Shown here in pieces: positions 1 through 14,000 of a stretch of 64,000 nucleotides of DNA. The first letter of the stretch is position 1. Each line of letters begins with the position of its first letter. The notes beneath the pieces were generated by a model that had not been told where the DNA came from, did no database searches, and saw only the letters and a list, made by a program, of their open reading frames with translations. The stretch is from Amoebophrya sp. A120. Lineage: Eukaryota > Protista > Dinoflagellata. Position numbers and translations under genes: made by a program. The stretch covers positions 1,170,722 to 1,234,721 of the forward strand of contig CAJINV010000017.1 of NCBI GenBank assembly GCA_905178155.1, given 5' to 3'.

Positions 1-800
1 GAGTCTAGTCGGCGTTGTGCTCTTGTTTGCGTTCTTCGGACTCGTTTCGGAGACGTTTTTCTGACGATTGTTGTTGACAACATCCTATTTTTCGGAATCG
101 GACCCAGATCTTCGTCTTCCTTCCATGAAGATTCTTTCAATCTACTTCCTCTACGGAGATGGACATTGCAAACCGTAGAACGGCCACCTCCCTTTGGATT
201 TGCAAAATCTAAGAGCGCCATCGAAGTGAGCCCTTTGTTGTCTCCGCAAGGACCGAAGTGTCAACATCGTGAGAAAGTTGTGTTTTCCGTGTCTACTTTG
301 TCTATCGGTACCGGTGTGCAACGTTCAAGAGTCATGCAGAAGTCGAAACAAACTATTCGGTCGCAAAGTAAGCACTTAAACAGCATGAAGACGACGCTCT
401 GGTGGAGGTCCTTCTACTCGGTCTTTTGTAGATAGAAGCACTCTAGTATGTACCTTTGTCCTCCTCGGTCGTGGCTTGGTATTCTCCACCTCGGTTGCTT
501 TCGGTCGATGATATCAACCTTTCCCGTAAAGATGTAGAGTCGGTCGTTCTTTATGTTAACATGTATTCTCGTTCTCTTGATAGCAAAAGCAATATCCGAC
601 CACACGCACGAACAGGATCCGGAAGGAAGTAAACCCTTTAAAGTTTGTCAACCGCTGCAAACGGCAAGAAGAAAAAGTAACACTGTAAGCCTGAGAGGCA
701 GAACAACTTACTACATCAACTATCTTGTTGTAACGAACAGCAAAAGTAGGACGAGCTGCAGTTCCCACTGAAGACAAAAAAGGCTGAACAAAAAAAAGGT

Positions 801-1632
801 ATGTCGGGTGGACACGGTGCAGCCCCGGCAGCGCCGGCAAAGCCGAAGAAGACCATTGCGGGTTTGTCCAAAAAGGTTCCGTACAATGTCGCCCGCTGGC
901 TTAAACCGGACCTGGTTTCAGGTACAGTGCTATGAAGTCTAACCGGTGAAGATGCTCGTGCATGTAAGATTGAAACATCATTTGTACTTTTCTTTTTCAT
1001 GATGCCTGATTAATTATCGTAATCTTGATTATCGTAATCGATTTCATCACCCTGATCAACCCTTTATCACATTACAGCGGAGCCAAACGTGGCGGAGACT
1101 CCGTTCTTGCAAAAGGCCGGAAAGCGGCCGAAAATCGTTATCAAAACGCATATGGAGCGCGTCTATGTGCCGTAAGCGGACATGAAATCGAAGCGCACCG
1201 GAGAAGAGCGCTTCATGCTCGGAGCAGTGCGTCACACTTTGATACGTCGCAGTGCTGTTCAGCATTCATGATATTTTTCATATATCTACTTCATGCTCCG
1301 GCTTTCTGTAACACTACCACCAAGTTGGATAAATTTTGCCGTTCGTTGTATCCCAATTCATTCACTCTTCGCATTTCTTGCCGACGCAGGACGTCGGGCC
1401 CAACTTCCAATAAACGTACATTCATAGACGAGTGATCTTTTGTTAAGTAGTACTTTTGACATGCTCGTCTCAGTGTCACCAAGCTGAAGGCAAATCGACT
1501 ACGTATTAAGAGTAACAACAGCGAACATGCAGGTGCTAAAGCTAATCTTACAAGCCACCGAAAAAAATATCATAGTGGAGCAGGGGCGGCGGCGGGTCCG
1601 ACGATCATAAGATGCAAACCTGGACGTGGATG
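801..1632 (+). CDS. Possible small spliced gene of unknown function; 3' structure unresolved
   Basis: ATG at 801 gives MSGGHGAAPAAPAKPKKTIAGLSKKVPYNVARWLKPDLVS. A GT-AG intron at 922-1077 continues in frame as AEPNVAETPFLQKAGKRPKIV. Later exons are ambiguous and the end coordinate is a guess. Confidence 0.35.
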
Positions 1633-2393
1633 AAGTGTTCCTCGCAAGAACGACGGAAAGATCAAGAGCAGTCACTTCTTAATCTTATCGAGTTTCACTT
1701 TCATCTCCCACCAGAAACGCAGCTACATCGCGTCTCTCTATTTTCGTCGTTTTCTCGTTTGACGACTTTCGGTGTGGCGTAACAAACAAACTCATATGTC
1801 GTTCCTCGGTAACCAAATGAAGTGACAGATGCTACACGGAATAGCCCTCGGTTGGAACAGGCAGCACAGGAATTGCATCGGTTATTCGTAAAAAAAGAGC
1901 AAGAGCAGCGTCTTCGGATTCGGTATGGAAATCGCATGAAGAGCACCGTGCTGGGACAGCAAGCGGTCCCTATTTATCGGTTTTCGACTCTAACTTCTAC
2001 TCTCCACTCGATTTCTCGGCTTTTCCAATCTTCTACTTACCCGCAATCGCCGTAGCCGGTTACGAGCACGACCTGTTTTTCTGATCAAAGACAAGACGAA
2101 CGATGTTAACTCCTTGCTGTGAAGTACTGCAGACCGTCTTTCATCTTCCGTATTGTTCTTTTTTCATTGGATTGTAATCAACAGAGGTCTATCTCTACCT
2201 CATGAGCACAGCTGCTTCCTGGTAGCTGTTGCTCTTTTGTGTAGTACCCGACCAGCACTACTTAATCCGAAAGAAGCTATTGCTATTCGAATATTTATCA
2301 TCACCTCGCATCAAATGCAATTCTTTATTTTTGGAAATGATTTTCATTTTTTTTTTCCAAATTGTAACTTCTAGTCCCACCGAATAAAACGAA

Positions 2394-5300
2394 ATGGAGC
2401 ACAACGTGAACAATCTCCGCGACGGTATTTCCGCGGTGTACGCGAAAAGGCGTCACCGGTACCCGCCGAAGTACCAGATGCTGGCCAAGCAGTGCGTGAC
2501 GGACTTGCAGCAAACCTTGAAGGCGCGGTCCGCGGTCGCAACCTTCGACGACGACTTCTCCGATGACTCGTCCGCGACAAAAAATCCCAAGGAGCAGCGG
2601 GTGCAGAAGCTCGGCCTCACCGCGGACACGGTGAAGCAGCAGTTTGCCGCGTGGATGGAAGGAGGCGCGGCCATCCGCTACTTTCGGGATGAAATTACCA
2701 GCGAGCAGGCCGCGGCGAACAAGGTCGTGATCACTGAGAGCAATAAGAAGAAGAACGAGCAGGAGAAGGAGCAAGGTCTCTCTGTTTTCAAACTTGAAGC
2801 CGACGGCGGAGTGGTCAAAAAGGCAGCAAACAGTAGCTCTGCCGGGATTAAGATGATGAACAAAGGCACCGCAGATAGTACAACAGCCAGCACTAAAATG
2901 GCGTCTACGTCTACATCGAAGGGGAAAGCCGGTTCTTCTGGAGCTGCGTCGTCAAGTTCTGGTATGAAAAAAGCAAAAGAGGTGAAGAAAAGCGCCAGCT
3001 CGGAGAAGAAAATGAAAGGAGCGAAAGGATCTAGTAAGTCTATGGCCTCCGCCTCCAAAAACAAAGCTCCCGCCATGGGGAGCAAAATGGGGAGCAGCAG
3101 CAGCAAGCCAAAATCTTCGACCTCTATGAGCAAAAACAAAATGGGCAGCTTGGCGGCGATGAAGAAGGCGGGAAAGAAAGCTGCGATGAACAGCTTTTCC
3201 GCAACTTCCTTCGCCCCAGCTACGAGAGCTCACACAGCAGCTTGTTCGACATCAACCAAAAGCACTTTCCTATTCTTTTCCGGCGCCGAAGAAGTCTCTA
3301 GTTCAGAGGAGGAAGAAGATCTGGACTTTCCAGCAGAAACAGGGATCATTCTTGGGGCTAGTAGTTCTTCTGCGCAGAAGCCGCGGACCGCATCTTCAAG
3401 CCAACTACCGCAGCAACGCTCTTCCTTGCAACGGGTTCCAATCGCGAAGACGGTTGCGAAGACATCCGCTTTCCCGGCCAAAAATCCAAACGATAATATG
3501 GTAGCTGGTGCACATCAGGGGGTTCCTGCTTCCAGTAGCTCATCCTTTTCCACCAACGCGGCCTATGGAGGTCTTGGACCTATCATGAATCTGCAGGAGC
3601 GCAACCCAGATCTGTACAACGCAAACAACGCAACCAGCAGCCCTTCTACCGCCATTCAGCCGATTCAAACGATCAACGGGCAGGTCCGACACTTCTGCCT
3701 GCTTTGCGGCGCCAATTTCCGGTCGCAAAACACGCTGCGCCGGCACGTGTGCCCGAAGGCGAACGAGGAAGCGGGACAGGCCCGGATGAACCTGCTGGAC
3801 ACTGCCCGGAAAATCCACCTGCTGCCCGAGCGCGGCCGACTGGAGGAGGCCCAGCTGCACCCAGCCGCCACGACGGCGTCTGGCGCGAAGATGCTGCTGA
3901 CCGAATCGCGCGCGAGCCGACCGGACGGCACCGTCCAAGACATGGGCGTGTACCGCGCAAAAACCTCCTCCCGGAGCAGTCACCGCGCGCATGGCCACTT
4001 CTACCCAACAGCCGGAGGTGGCGCAGGTATCAGCAGCAGCGGTGCTCCTGCACCTGGTTCTACTTCAGCGGGAAGTAGATTCTCCCTGTCTGATCAAGCT
4101 GGCAATACCAATATGACTGAACAGCTGGACAGGAAGATGGTCGAGGCCTTCGGGAATTTGAAAATCAAATTCAAGACCGAGCACGACGTGCGCACGCACC
4201 ACCAAAAGGACAAGCAGTCGGCGAAAAAGAAGTCGCAAGCCGCGGACTTTTTGCGACAGAACGTTGTGCACTTGGACGATTTCCAGGCCACTTCGGACGA
4301 TGAGCACCACATGGACGAAAAGAGCGACCCGCTGTACCAAAAAATGATAACCAACCAGCACCGGGTCAGCATCACAAACTCAAGCGGGGGAGTGAGTGGA
4401 GGCAGTCCCCCCCGGCATGAAGCTACTGCTGGCTCAACTAAATCCACTTCGTCTTCCGTGAAAGTCTCCTCTACGTCGAGCAAACAACACGCAACCTCCA
4501 GTAGCCCACCGGCAAAGGAGCTGCCAGAGTTTTGGAAGCAGAAACCCTCCGCATTGGAGCAGCACGTGCAGAACAAAGCGAGTGGAGGTAGTTCTCCGCT
4601 GACCGATTTGCAAAAAGAAAAGTGGACGATCAATCTGGTATCGCCATTGCTCGAGAAAACCCGGAAGCTAGAGGCGCACGTGCCGAGCTACCAGCTCACT
4701 GGGACAGCAGCTGCCACTGGACGCACTTCTTTGAGCGGTAAAATGAATGCAGAAACTTCTTCTCCGAAAGGAGGTGCAACTGCAGTAGTCGCGGTTTCTT
4801 CATCCTCTCCACAGCGCGACTCCACCGGTTCCACTGGTGGTCGTACCAGCGTGCTGAAACACCAAGCGACATCGTCAAGCGGAGGTCGCGACTCGCGGAC
4901 CAGCCTTGTCCAAGTTGTCGCGACTACTAAAAATGCGGCTCCTTCCCGAGACGGTGTTGAAACTAAACGCGACTCCCTTCGGAGCAGCGGGAGCCGCGGG
5001 AGCACCTCCAGCAGTCCGGCCTCCTCGCCGAAAATGCTCAACCAGAAGCTGCAGGCAGCCGGGAAGAAGGAGAAGTTCGTCAGCACAGGAATCACTGCTG
5101 CGCGGCCTGGTACTACTTCTACACAATCTCCAAAGGTGGACAACAAGAGCCCGAGGCTGCAACTGTACAAGCGCCCGCGGATCTCGGTGGAATTGCCCCA
5201 CATGAGCGAGGCAGAGGAGAAGAAACTCATGCAGGAGCTGGCCCTGGAGGCGGAGCAGTCGCTCCGCGACGCGAAGAAGGGGAAGCAGAAGAACATGGTG

Positions 5301-8300
5301 CGCGACGAGAACTACAGCCCGGCGGAGGCCAAGAAACGGCGGAAGATGCGGGACGCGAGCGAGCAGGCCAGCCTCCAAAAGGTCATCAGTACCATCGCCG
5401 CTTCCACCGGTGTAGCAACCAACGCCGGCGAAACCACGGCGACGGAACCCCCCTCAGACCAACCGTACAAGAAGAAGATGAAAGCTACCGGAGGAGGTAC
5501 GGCCACCGCTAGCAGCAGTGGTGGAACTGCAATTTCGAAAACCGGCGCGGCCGCAGCTCAACAAAGTTTGAGTCTTCTGTCGCCCGCGATGGTGGCGGTT
5601 TCGGAGGAGAAAGTTTGGTACATGTTTTGCCAACTGCTATTGGACAACATGCGCGAGGCGCACTACGTCGCGGTGTTTTGCCTCACCAAAGAGTTCGCGC
5701 ACACCTGGTCTCTGCACTACAGTGTGGAGATGTTGTTTGACCTGCTTTTGCAGAAGAAAACCTTCGCGCCGAGAATTGCGAACTCGTCCGGGGCGACGGG
5801 GGGCGGCACTGCCTTTAACGCCAACAAAGGCGGGGAGGAACAGGACGTCGAGAGCGGCAATTACACCCGCGGTGAGCTCTGTCACCAGTACCTGCAGCCC
5901 GGGACTGCTAGTGCGCAGCTGCATGCGCTGGCGTTTCTGGCACAGTGGTTTGTCGCGCCGGCCGTTTTGCGGTTCGAAAGTGCGGAGCGGAGCAAATTTG
6001 AGAAGACGCGGGCTACGGCTAGTAGTAAAAATGCAAGCAAGGCGTTTGTCAATGGGAGGTCCTCGTCAAAACTTGAAGAAGAAGCGGAGAACGACCAGCA
6101 GTCCCCCGCCTTCGGCTCCTATTCGCTGAAGCGCCAACGCTCGCACTCGCAGAAAGACGAAGAAGATGTTACTGGAAATTCCGGAATGAACCGAAAAAGT
6201 AGCAAGCACTCTCTATTCTCGTCTGACGAGGACGAGGCAGGACAATCGGGCTCGCACCAGATGACCAAGAAGCGCGCGGTCAGCCCCTTGAATTTCGACG
6301 GCGGGGGTAATATTAAATCCCTTCCTGCATCAGGAGACCCCCACACCAAACCGCCTCTCTCGCCCCGTTCTCTGGCGCTACAAGCACACGCCATGACGGC
6401 GGTAATGGACGACCTGTCCCCGGTCCCGCAGTACCAGGGCCTGGCCCCGTCGGTGCAGCTGGAACTGAAAAAGTCCGCGGCGGTGACGCCGCTGCTGCAG
6501 CACCAACTCTCCCCGCGCGGCCTGCAGACCACCTTGAAAGAGGAAATGCGGACCATGACCAGTCCCCGCACATCACAAGCCATTCGGGATGAGCTCGTCA
6601 TGAACAACCGAACTACAGGAGCTTCTCCTGGGCGGGCGGCGACGTACTCCACGGAGATGAACAAAAGCTCGAACACGTCGACCAATGCGCTCGTACCGAC
6701 AAGCACCAGGGCAGCTCCTGGAGGGTCTACTGCTGCTCCCGGTGGTGGTGGTGGTTCCCCGAGCAGACTGATGACGGTTTCCCCCAAGAGAGATGCCCCG
6801 ACCGGCTTCTCGCCCGCCAAGACCCGGCCTTTCAACGAATTCGATCAGTCCTGGCAATTCGGAGTGGGACACGCGATGCGCTGGAACTTGACGCACAAGG
6901 ACTCGCCGATGAAAAACCCGTGGCTCGCGACAGTGCCGATTAAACTGGTACAAATTTTCCTTGTCCTTTTTTGTACTCGTTTCGTTTGATGATAATTGCG
7001 CTTTGATGTCGTGATGTCGCACTCGCACTTGTTGAATGTCAATTTCTCCACGCAGGAGAAGTCGCCAGTAGAGTACGTAGTCAACATCGGATGTTGAATA
7101 ATTCGGCCAATGACAACGCCAGGCGAAAGTCGTCTCATTTTATTGACAAGATAAAGATGCCGGTGTTTTGCGCTGTGGTGCCCAAAATGAAAATGATGAT
7201 CCAAATTTGATTTATTTTTTACAGAGCACATTCGACCAGTCCGTTCCCATGTCTACAACCGCTTCCCGTCAAGCCAGTCCGCAGTTGCGGCAGACGGCTT
7301 TCTCCTCTCCTGTTCCTCAGAACAAAGCAAACCCGTCCTCCCCCGGTGGGATTCTGTTTCAGGCTATGGAAAATTCGCAGTCACCGAGCAGACGGGACAC
7401 CCCGTCGGTGTCGCCGATCAACTCGCCCAGGTCCGTGTTGGGAAGTGGAGCAGTCGCTGGGACGACGACCACAGGAGGCGTTAATAAGAATAACAGCATG
7501 ATGATGTTGAAGCAAAGTAGTCCGCGACCTTCCCCGCGCTTGAGCAAGTCGCCGACCATTCGCCCGGGCCAAATCGCAGCGGAGGTCATCACGCAAAACA
7601 ACAAGCAGAAGTGGCAGAAGTTTTACTTCGAAACGGTGCTCGAGTGCGACAAAAACTTGAAGTTCGAAAACCAGAAAGTTGACGGAACGCAAGCAGAGGG
7701 GGCTGATGCAAGTACTTCAACTTCTATCAAAGCCGTGAACATCGAGTCTGTGGAGAAGTATTTCAAGCACCTGGTTTGCTTGGATCAGTGCGAGCAGTAC
7801 CTCCTTCCTATCCTGTGCAAAAGTATCGTACTCGTATAAATGCAAGTCTTACATTACAAATCTTTTTCTTAAGGTAAGTCCGCATATACAAATTTTCTTT
7901 CTCATGCTGAGAAAATTTGTAATGCATTTATACGAGTGCGATGCTTTTGCAATTCATACTTCCCTTCAAGTACCAACAAGGAAACAAGGTAGATGCCTTT
8001 AGCGCGTCCAAGCAGCCTCTGGTGGAGGCGTATGACGCGGCCATTGCGTATGCAATTACAAATAATTTCCTGCACACGTACAAAATGCATGATTAATTTC
8101 GCTACCGCAGATGACAGAGTACTAAGCCACTTGTCTGCTGCCTGAGTAGGATTCAAGGCATGTTTTGTCGTGCAAAAAGAACTACATGTACATTTGTACG
8201 TGTCCGGGAAATTTACCGTGGATATTGCGAACGGCAACGGGCTGTTTCTGCTGGACAAGTACCTGATTCAGCATAGCAGCTCTCCTATGCATGGCAAAAG

Positions 8301-9044
8301 TATCGCACTAGTAGTGGTCAACAGATTAATTGCAATTATACGAAGTGGTTTTCGAAAAATAAGAAAAATTCAACTTTTGATGCTGACCCAGCTACACACG
8401 ACGAAGTAAACTTCTTGTCATGCGTCTTGTTCATGATTGCGATTAATACGTCGAGTGCGATAGTACTTTTCCGGTGCATACTCCCCGCGGTGTTGGCCTT
8501 GATCCTGCTCCACTGCCCCTGGACGGTGGTCAGCAACAAGACCAAGCACGCCATGGCGCAGCTCAACGTGGACCACGCCGAAAAGAACAACTCGCTCGCC
8601 ACCAGCCGCTTCTTCGCCTACATCAAGTTCATCCTCAAAAAGTACCCGGATTTGAAGCACGGGACGATTGGCAGCAGCCTGGAGAACTGGACCCGGATCG
8701 AGACCTCGAACGCCAGCCCGCGGGCGTTTCAAGTGCAGCCGCGGTCCTCGAAACAAATCCAGCCCAACGACCTGCGCTTGCTCAAATCCGCCATCACGGC
8801 GTCTCTCTCCGCGTTCGCGCACCTCTGCCCGGAAGAGCGGGCGCTGCTGAAGCACTTTTGCCAAGCGGAGGTGGATGAATTGCCGGCGGGGTTTGAAATC
8901 CCCCGGAAGTTTTTTGCGGCGGGGGCAGGGTCGTCTGGCAAGGGGAACTATGCTGGTTCAGCATTGACGAATGACGACGTGCAGTGGGAAGCTATTAAAG
9001 TGTTCTCGCTGCAAATTAATCCCTCGGGAGGGAATGGGCACTAG
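2394..9044 (+). CDS. Large Ser/Lys-rich low-complexity protein with one C2HC/C2H2-like zinc finger and a helical C-terminal region
   Basis: 1531-aa ORF with FCLLCGANFRSQNTLRRHVC near 3690-3752. GT-AG intron 6948-7224 and TA-type introns 7809-7963, 8049-8229 and 8286-8485 join the ORFs in frame (..YLLPFKYQQ..DAAIANGNGLF..HSSSPAVLAL..). Confidence 0.75.
7809..7958. mobile_element. TA-bounded inverted-repeat intronic element, family F1 (TGCAAAAGTATCG)
   Basis: CTTCC|TATCCTGTGCAAAAGTATCGTACTCGTATAAATGCA...TGCATTTATACGAGTGCGATGCTTTTGCAATTCATA|CTTCC; perfect 5-nt direct repeat; removal restores the frame. Confidence 0.9.
8049..8224. mobile_element. TA-bounded inverted-repeat intronic element
   Basis: TTGCG|TA...TA|TTGCG; imperfect inverted repeat AATTTCCTGCACACGTACAAA / TTTGTACGTGTCCGGGAAATT; frame restored. 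Confidence 0.85.
8286..8480. mobile_element. TA-bounded intronic element, family F1 (degenerate)
   Basis: TATGCATGGCAAAAGTATCGCACT...AGTGCGATAGTACTTTTCCGGTGCATA; flanks TCTCC/CTCCC; removing element plus 5 nt restores the frame. Confidence 0.8.
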
Positions 9045-11035
9045 ATGGGGGGTCGGTGTGGTTTTGGTAGTAGTCGCTACGGTTTCTAAAAGAAAAAGCC
9101 CACGTATAATACAAATTTTCAGCTATTTTATGGGTGAGCAAAGCTGTAACAAGCTGTCATCTTTGATGAAAACTAAAACTTTCCTTTCAATTTTTTGCAA
9201 CACTCGTAATGTCGGAATCGGAGTAAGAGTTTACGCATGAAACGAATAAAAGGATATCAACGTCGACCACAATTACATCGAGCGCTGGTTGTGATTTTTT
9301 CTCAGCTGCTCACGCAAAAGAATACGGATTTAATATACAATTATAGTTCGCTACATTCTGAAAACGTCATACCTAATTTCAAACTGATACTAGTCTTTTA
9401 CTACGGACAGGCCGAGACAGTCCAGCTGCAGGCTTTCATAGCTTTTTCTTTATTCCTGCATGCTCACATATGAATATGATGTAGATTTTGAGGCACATCT
9501 CCAATTTTTTAGTTGTCATGTATTTTCAAAATTTTTGTCCATAATGACTGCAGCAGTGAAACTACCAGTAGAAGGAGTGATAGCAAGAGTGCGAGTAGAG
9601 CCTACAGCTTTCTGTTTTGCGTTCAGACAGAAGTAAGCGGCGTTTTGTTTTCGGGCAATAAAGATAAACCGCATCAATGTATTGAAACAAGCAGAGTGCC
9701 GTCGCGAACCTCATCTGGTATTGCGCATGCTTTTGCATCGATTGACGAAGGAGCAGCTGCATGCTGTTGGTGCCGTGACTCTTTCTCTTTCTCCTTTGTA
9801 ATTTCATGGAAACAACAAATCGAGCAAGCTGCTGGAAAACGAGTTTGTGATGCACACGGAGTTGATAAAAACAAAAAGTGTAAGTGAAAAATAATTAGTA
9901 CACACCAGTCACCAGATGCTGGCAGCGAGGCTTCGGCCTACGTGGGTCATCGCAGCCCCCCGCCCACAGCAATTTTCATGCAGACTGTTTGGCACATGAG
10001 CTTGTTTCAGCTGCCTTCAGGGAGTGTTTTGGCATCGGTTCAGGATCCATAGTCATATGCGGCTCGATTCGGACGGCTCGTGAATTATTGTTTACTCCCC
10101 TGCTCGTGTGCCTTGAAAATAAGTAAAAATCCGGAGTGCAGCTGAAGCTTTCACTACGAGCAAGATCATTCGCCGACCTCGAGCTCACAAATTTGAGTTT
10201 CCTCAAAACTACGATCTCACTATGATCAGTGTGGTAGTGTCCTTCGAAGATCTATTGCCTCGAATATGTTGAGGACCGGCGCGCCGGTGTGCTGCTGGTT
10301 ATGCTTCATCTGCAGGCACTCAAACTGCGTCGAACAATTCGAAGAATCGAATACAACATCTCAAACAGGAAAGGATCGAATTTGATTGAAAGCGACACAG
10401 ATTGTAGTTAGTGATAAGTATCATAGTCCAGTCGACTCCTTGCTGATGTGATGAGACGAAAGCCGACGTTGTATTTTCGCTATCGAATAGAAATTCGACC
10501 TCGACTCGATCTAGTTTTCATATCGCGATCGCATTTATTGTCGTGGCACATCACATGAGCGATCTGTGCAAGAACGTTGTCATTCCGACCCCTCCCTATC
10601 AAACTACGGTTTTGTCATTGTCGCCCTACATCAATCAAGCTTTTCGATTTTAGTGAGCAGATGTGGAAGTAGCCCTGCATTTTGCCTCAATTTTTGTAAC
10701 TCAGTAGCAGTAGCAGTAGCCATCACAACATATGACGAGTAGAGTTTTATCCTTTGATAGTGAATTGCGAGGGTTTATGTGAGTTTTGTTTGATTTCCTC
10801 GCCCTCCATATGCTCCTGGAAGTCATGGAAGTCTCTTTCTTACTTTTGAGGACCGTGTCGACGACCACACGCGTCTACTCATGAAACAAATGGCGCGTGG
10901 TACGAGTGCAACACTTTGAGCAAGATGCTAGTATAAATAAAGGCTTCGCAGCACACGACGACCTGCTCCCGGTCCTGCCTCGTGCCTGCTCATCTGGAAA
11001 CCAGGCGCAGCCCTCGCGTGGACTAGTAGGAGAAG

Positions 11036-14000
11036 ATGGCCGACATAGTGGAGGACGCGCCCTTGTCGGCCGAGCCGCCTTTGGTTATCGACGAGCGGCC
11101 AGCGCAGTTGCAAACCACGGATGTGCTTCTGATCATCCTGGTCTGCACTTTTCTCCTCGCACTGGGCATCACCCTGTTTTACTACCGGCGGGAGCAAAAT
11201 GAGAAGCGGGAAAGGGGGAGCAAAGCCACCGGCGCGGTGGACGATCTCGACGACGAATTGCGACAGAGGGCGGCGCAGGTAAATCATTCTGCTCGTAAGA
11301 ACGTATCTAGTCGTAGCCGCATTCGGCTCTCTCCCATCGAAGCGAGAAGTCGACGCATTCGGCCACTATGTTCTTTATCATTTCTGTTTCAATGAAAGAG
11401 CAGCATCAAAGTTTTGTTTTGAGCGTTTTCAACGAAAATTCGTACCCGATCTATTCACAGCTGGAAAAAGACGCTCTGCAGTATCGAACCGATCTGCACA
11501 CGATCGAGACCCACGAGGTCGGGCGGCACCTGGAAACGCAGCTGGCTCTGTCCCAGACCGACCCCACACTGGAAACGGGGGTGTACGGCTTGCATATGCA
11601 CGAAGTCAACCGCAGGCTGGAATACTTCGGGTTGAACAAAATATCGCCGCCGGTCCGGGAAAACAAGTGGGTGCTGCTACTGAGGACGACGTTCCTAACC
11701 GGATTCAATATCCTGCTCTGGGCCTGTGTCACGACAGAGGTAGAAATGTGTTTGATGTCGACGTGATGCAACGCATACTTAGTTTCATAGCATATGCATA
11801 CCGCTGTTGCATGGGAAAAAGAATGATATATGATTGTGTTTTACATTTAGAGAGCACTAACGTGACGATGAGGAAGAACACCGACCACCCCACCTGACCT
11901 ACTGAAAGACCCGATCATCTTTTCCCTGCTCCTCAGGTTGTCCTGGCGGTGATGATTAAGAACCGCGCGCACGGGGGCAGATTCGAATTTTGGGAAGATT
12001 TGATCACGCCCATCATCCTCGCCACGGTTATCGTGGCCTCCTCGCTGATGCAGTGGTGGAGCGAGCAGCGGGCGGAGTCCATGCTGGAGTCGCTGTCCGC
12101 CATGCAAACGCAGGAGCGCGTGAAGGTGATCCGCATCAGCTCGGACGTCGCAACAAGGAAGGAAAAGCGGTTTGAAACCCGGGTGGACGCGGAGACGCTC
12201 GTCCGAGGCGACATCATCTCCCTCGGCCCCGGCGACCGCATCCCCTGTGACTGCCGCATAATACACTGCTCCGACGCCGCGGAGGTGGACCAGGCGGCTT
12301 TGACGGGCGAGTCCGTCCCGGAACCTCGCGAAACGAAGGCGCAGGACGCGCGCGTGAACTGCAACGAGGCCAAGAACCTGATCTTTTCCGGCACCTTGCT
12401 ATTGAAAGGGAACATCGTGGCCGCGGTGTTCGCGACGGGGGACAGCACCATGCTGGGAAAAATCGCGAAAGGAATCAACAAGCCGCGGCCGCGCAGCACC
12501 TTCGAGATCGCCATGGAAAACATCGTCCACCTGATCGCGTGGGTGGGGATTGCGGTGGGTGTTTTGACCGCGATCGCGGAAATCTCGATAGGGAAATCCG
12601 CCGCGGAAGTGCTGGAGTCGTCGGCGTCGTCCCTGTTTGCGCAAATCCCGGAGGGGTTGATCCCCACAGCGACGATAGCATTGCTGATCGCGTCCTACCA
12701 AATGGCAGACGTCAATGTCTTGGTCCGGAAGCTGGATGCGGTACAACTGCTATTGCTGTTCTGTTTCGATGCAGCTTGTGAACGTTTTCTTTTGCCAGTT
12801 GATTGTTGGAACTAATCCAATTGAAATTACCGACCTCCGCACCTACTCTACAACTTGGGTCCTGCGAGCACAATGTTGACACATTTAATTATGTTTGAGT
12901 GCTTCACATCTTCACATGCCTAGTATAATTCGTAACCAATATCCAACTTCTCAGGTCGAGACGCTTGGTTGTTGCAGTGTGGTTTGCAGTGACAAGACGG
13001 GCACCTTGACAACGGGCCAGATGACGGTGACGGATATGGTCTCCCCCGACGGCGACGCGTACCGGTTACGCGATCTACTCTCGCAACGGGGGGAATCCAA
13101 TTCCACCATGCGGAAACTGGATATGGATGTGTCAGAGTTGAAATCCACAAAGTTGAAATAATTTGCCATGCATAAAATGGATGCCAGTTGGAACCCAGTT
13201 TCTAAGTGGCGCATGACAAATTTCGGTGGTCCCTAAATCCAGTTTGTCATGCTGTTTAGGCAAAGAAGAGCGATTTTCGCGTGCTACTTTAGCAGTTCGA
13301 GCTGTAGCCCCAAACAGGCTTACAATCGGCCTCACTTGCCTGCTCTGCAACACACGCGCCGCGGGTCATGCATTTTATGCATTACAAATTATTTCAACTT
13401 TGACGATTTCAAACCTGACGCTTCCATACTGGATTCGCTGTGCAAGGGCGGCATTCTCAACACCTCCGTGACCATCGACGACCGCGCGACCGCAGCAGAC
13501 AGTCTGTTCGATGAACAACCAATAGAACAAACTACGCAAAACAAGCTATCACAGTTCCCGAACGAGCAGATTGGAGGATCTTCTGCCAGCAATGCAACCC
13601 GCAAGAATAATGCGGTTTCCATGGCGAATTTTGCCGGCGGCCCGGGCAGTCCGGTCTCTTCCCCGGACACTATGAAGGACTTGTCCGGCTCGCCCACCGA
13701 AGTGGCGGTGTTCCACGCGGCCCGGGAGCTCATCGGGCGGCACGTGACAGACCAGTACCGGAAAGTGTTTGAAATTCCGTTCTCCTCGCAGAACAAATAC
13801 ATGGTAACCGTACACGAACGACTCTTCATGAACAGTGCCGGAAACAATAGCAAAATCTTTGGCGGAGGTGGTGGGAACAACAACACGTCGACGTCGCCCA
13901 GAGACGCGGACTTACTTGGCATGAACGGGGGCACCGGGGGCGGCGGGACAACGGGCGGAAGTGGGCACAACTACGGCATCAATTACGGAGTCGGGTCAAA

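Noticed and set aside
1-770. Minus-strand gene running off the window start
   Set aside because: The frame is open only from about 260 to 1; I could not establish motifs or a splice structure.
1139-1244. Another TA-type intron (TATCAAA...TTTGATA)
   Set aside because: The inverted repeat is only 7 bp, the flanks do not match, and a canonical donor at 1172 is an equally good explanation.
2050-2062. Relic dinoflagellate spliced leader (CCGTAGCC)
   Set aside because: Only 8 nt match and the following ATTTTGGCTCAAG is absent.
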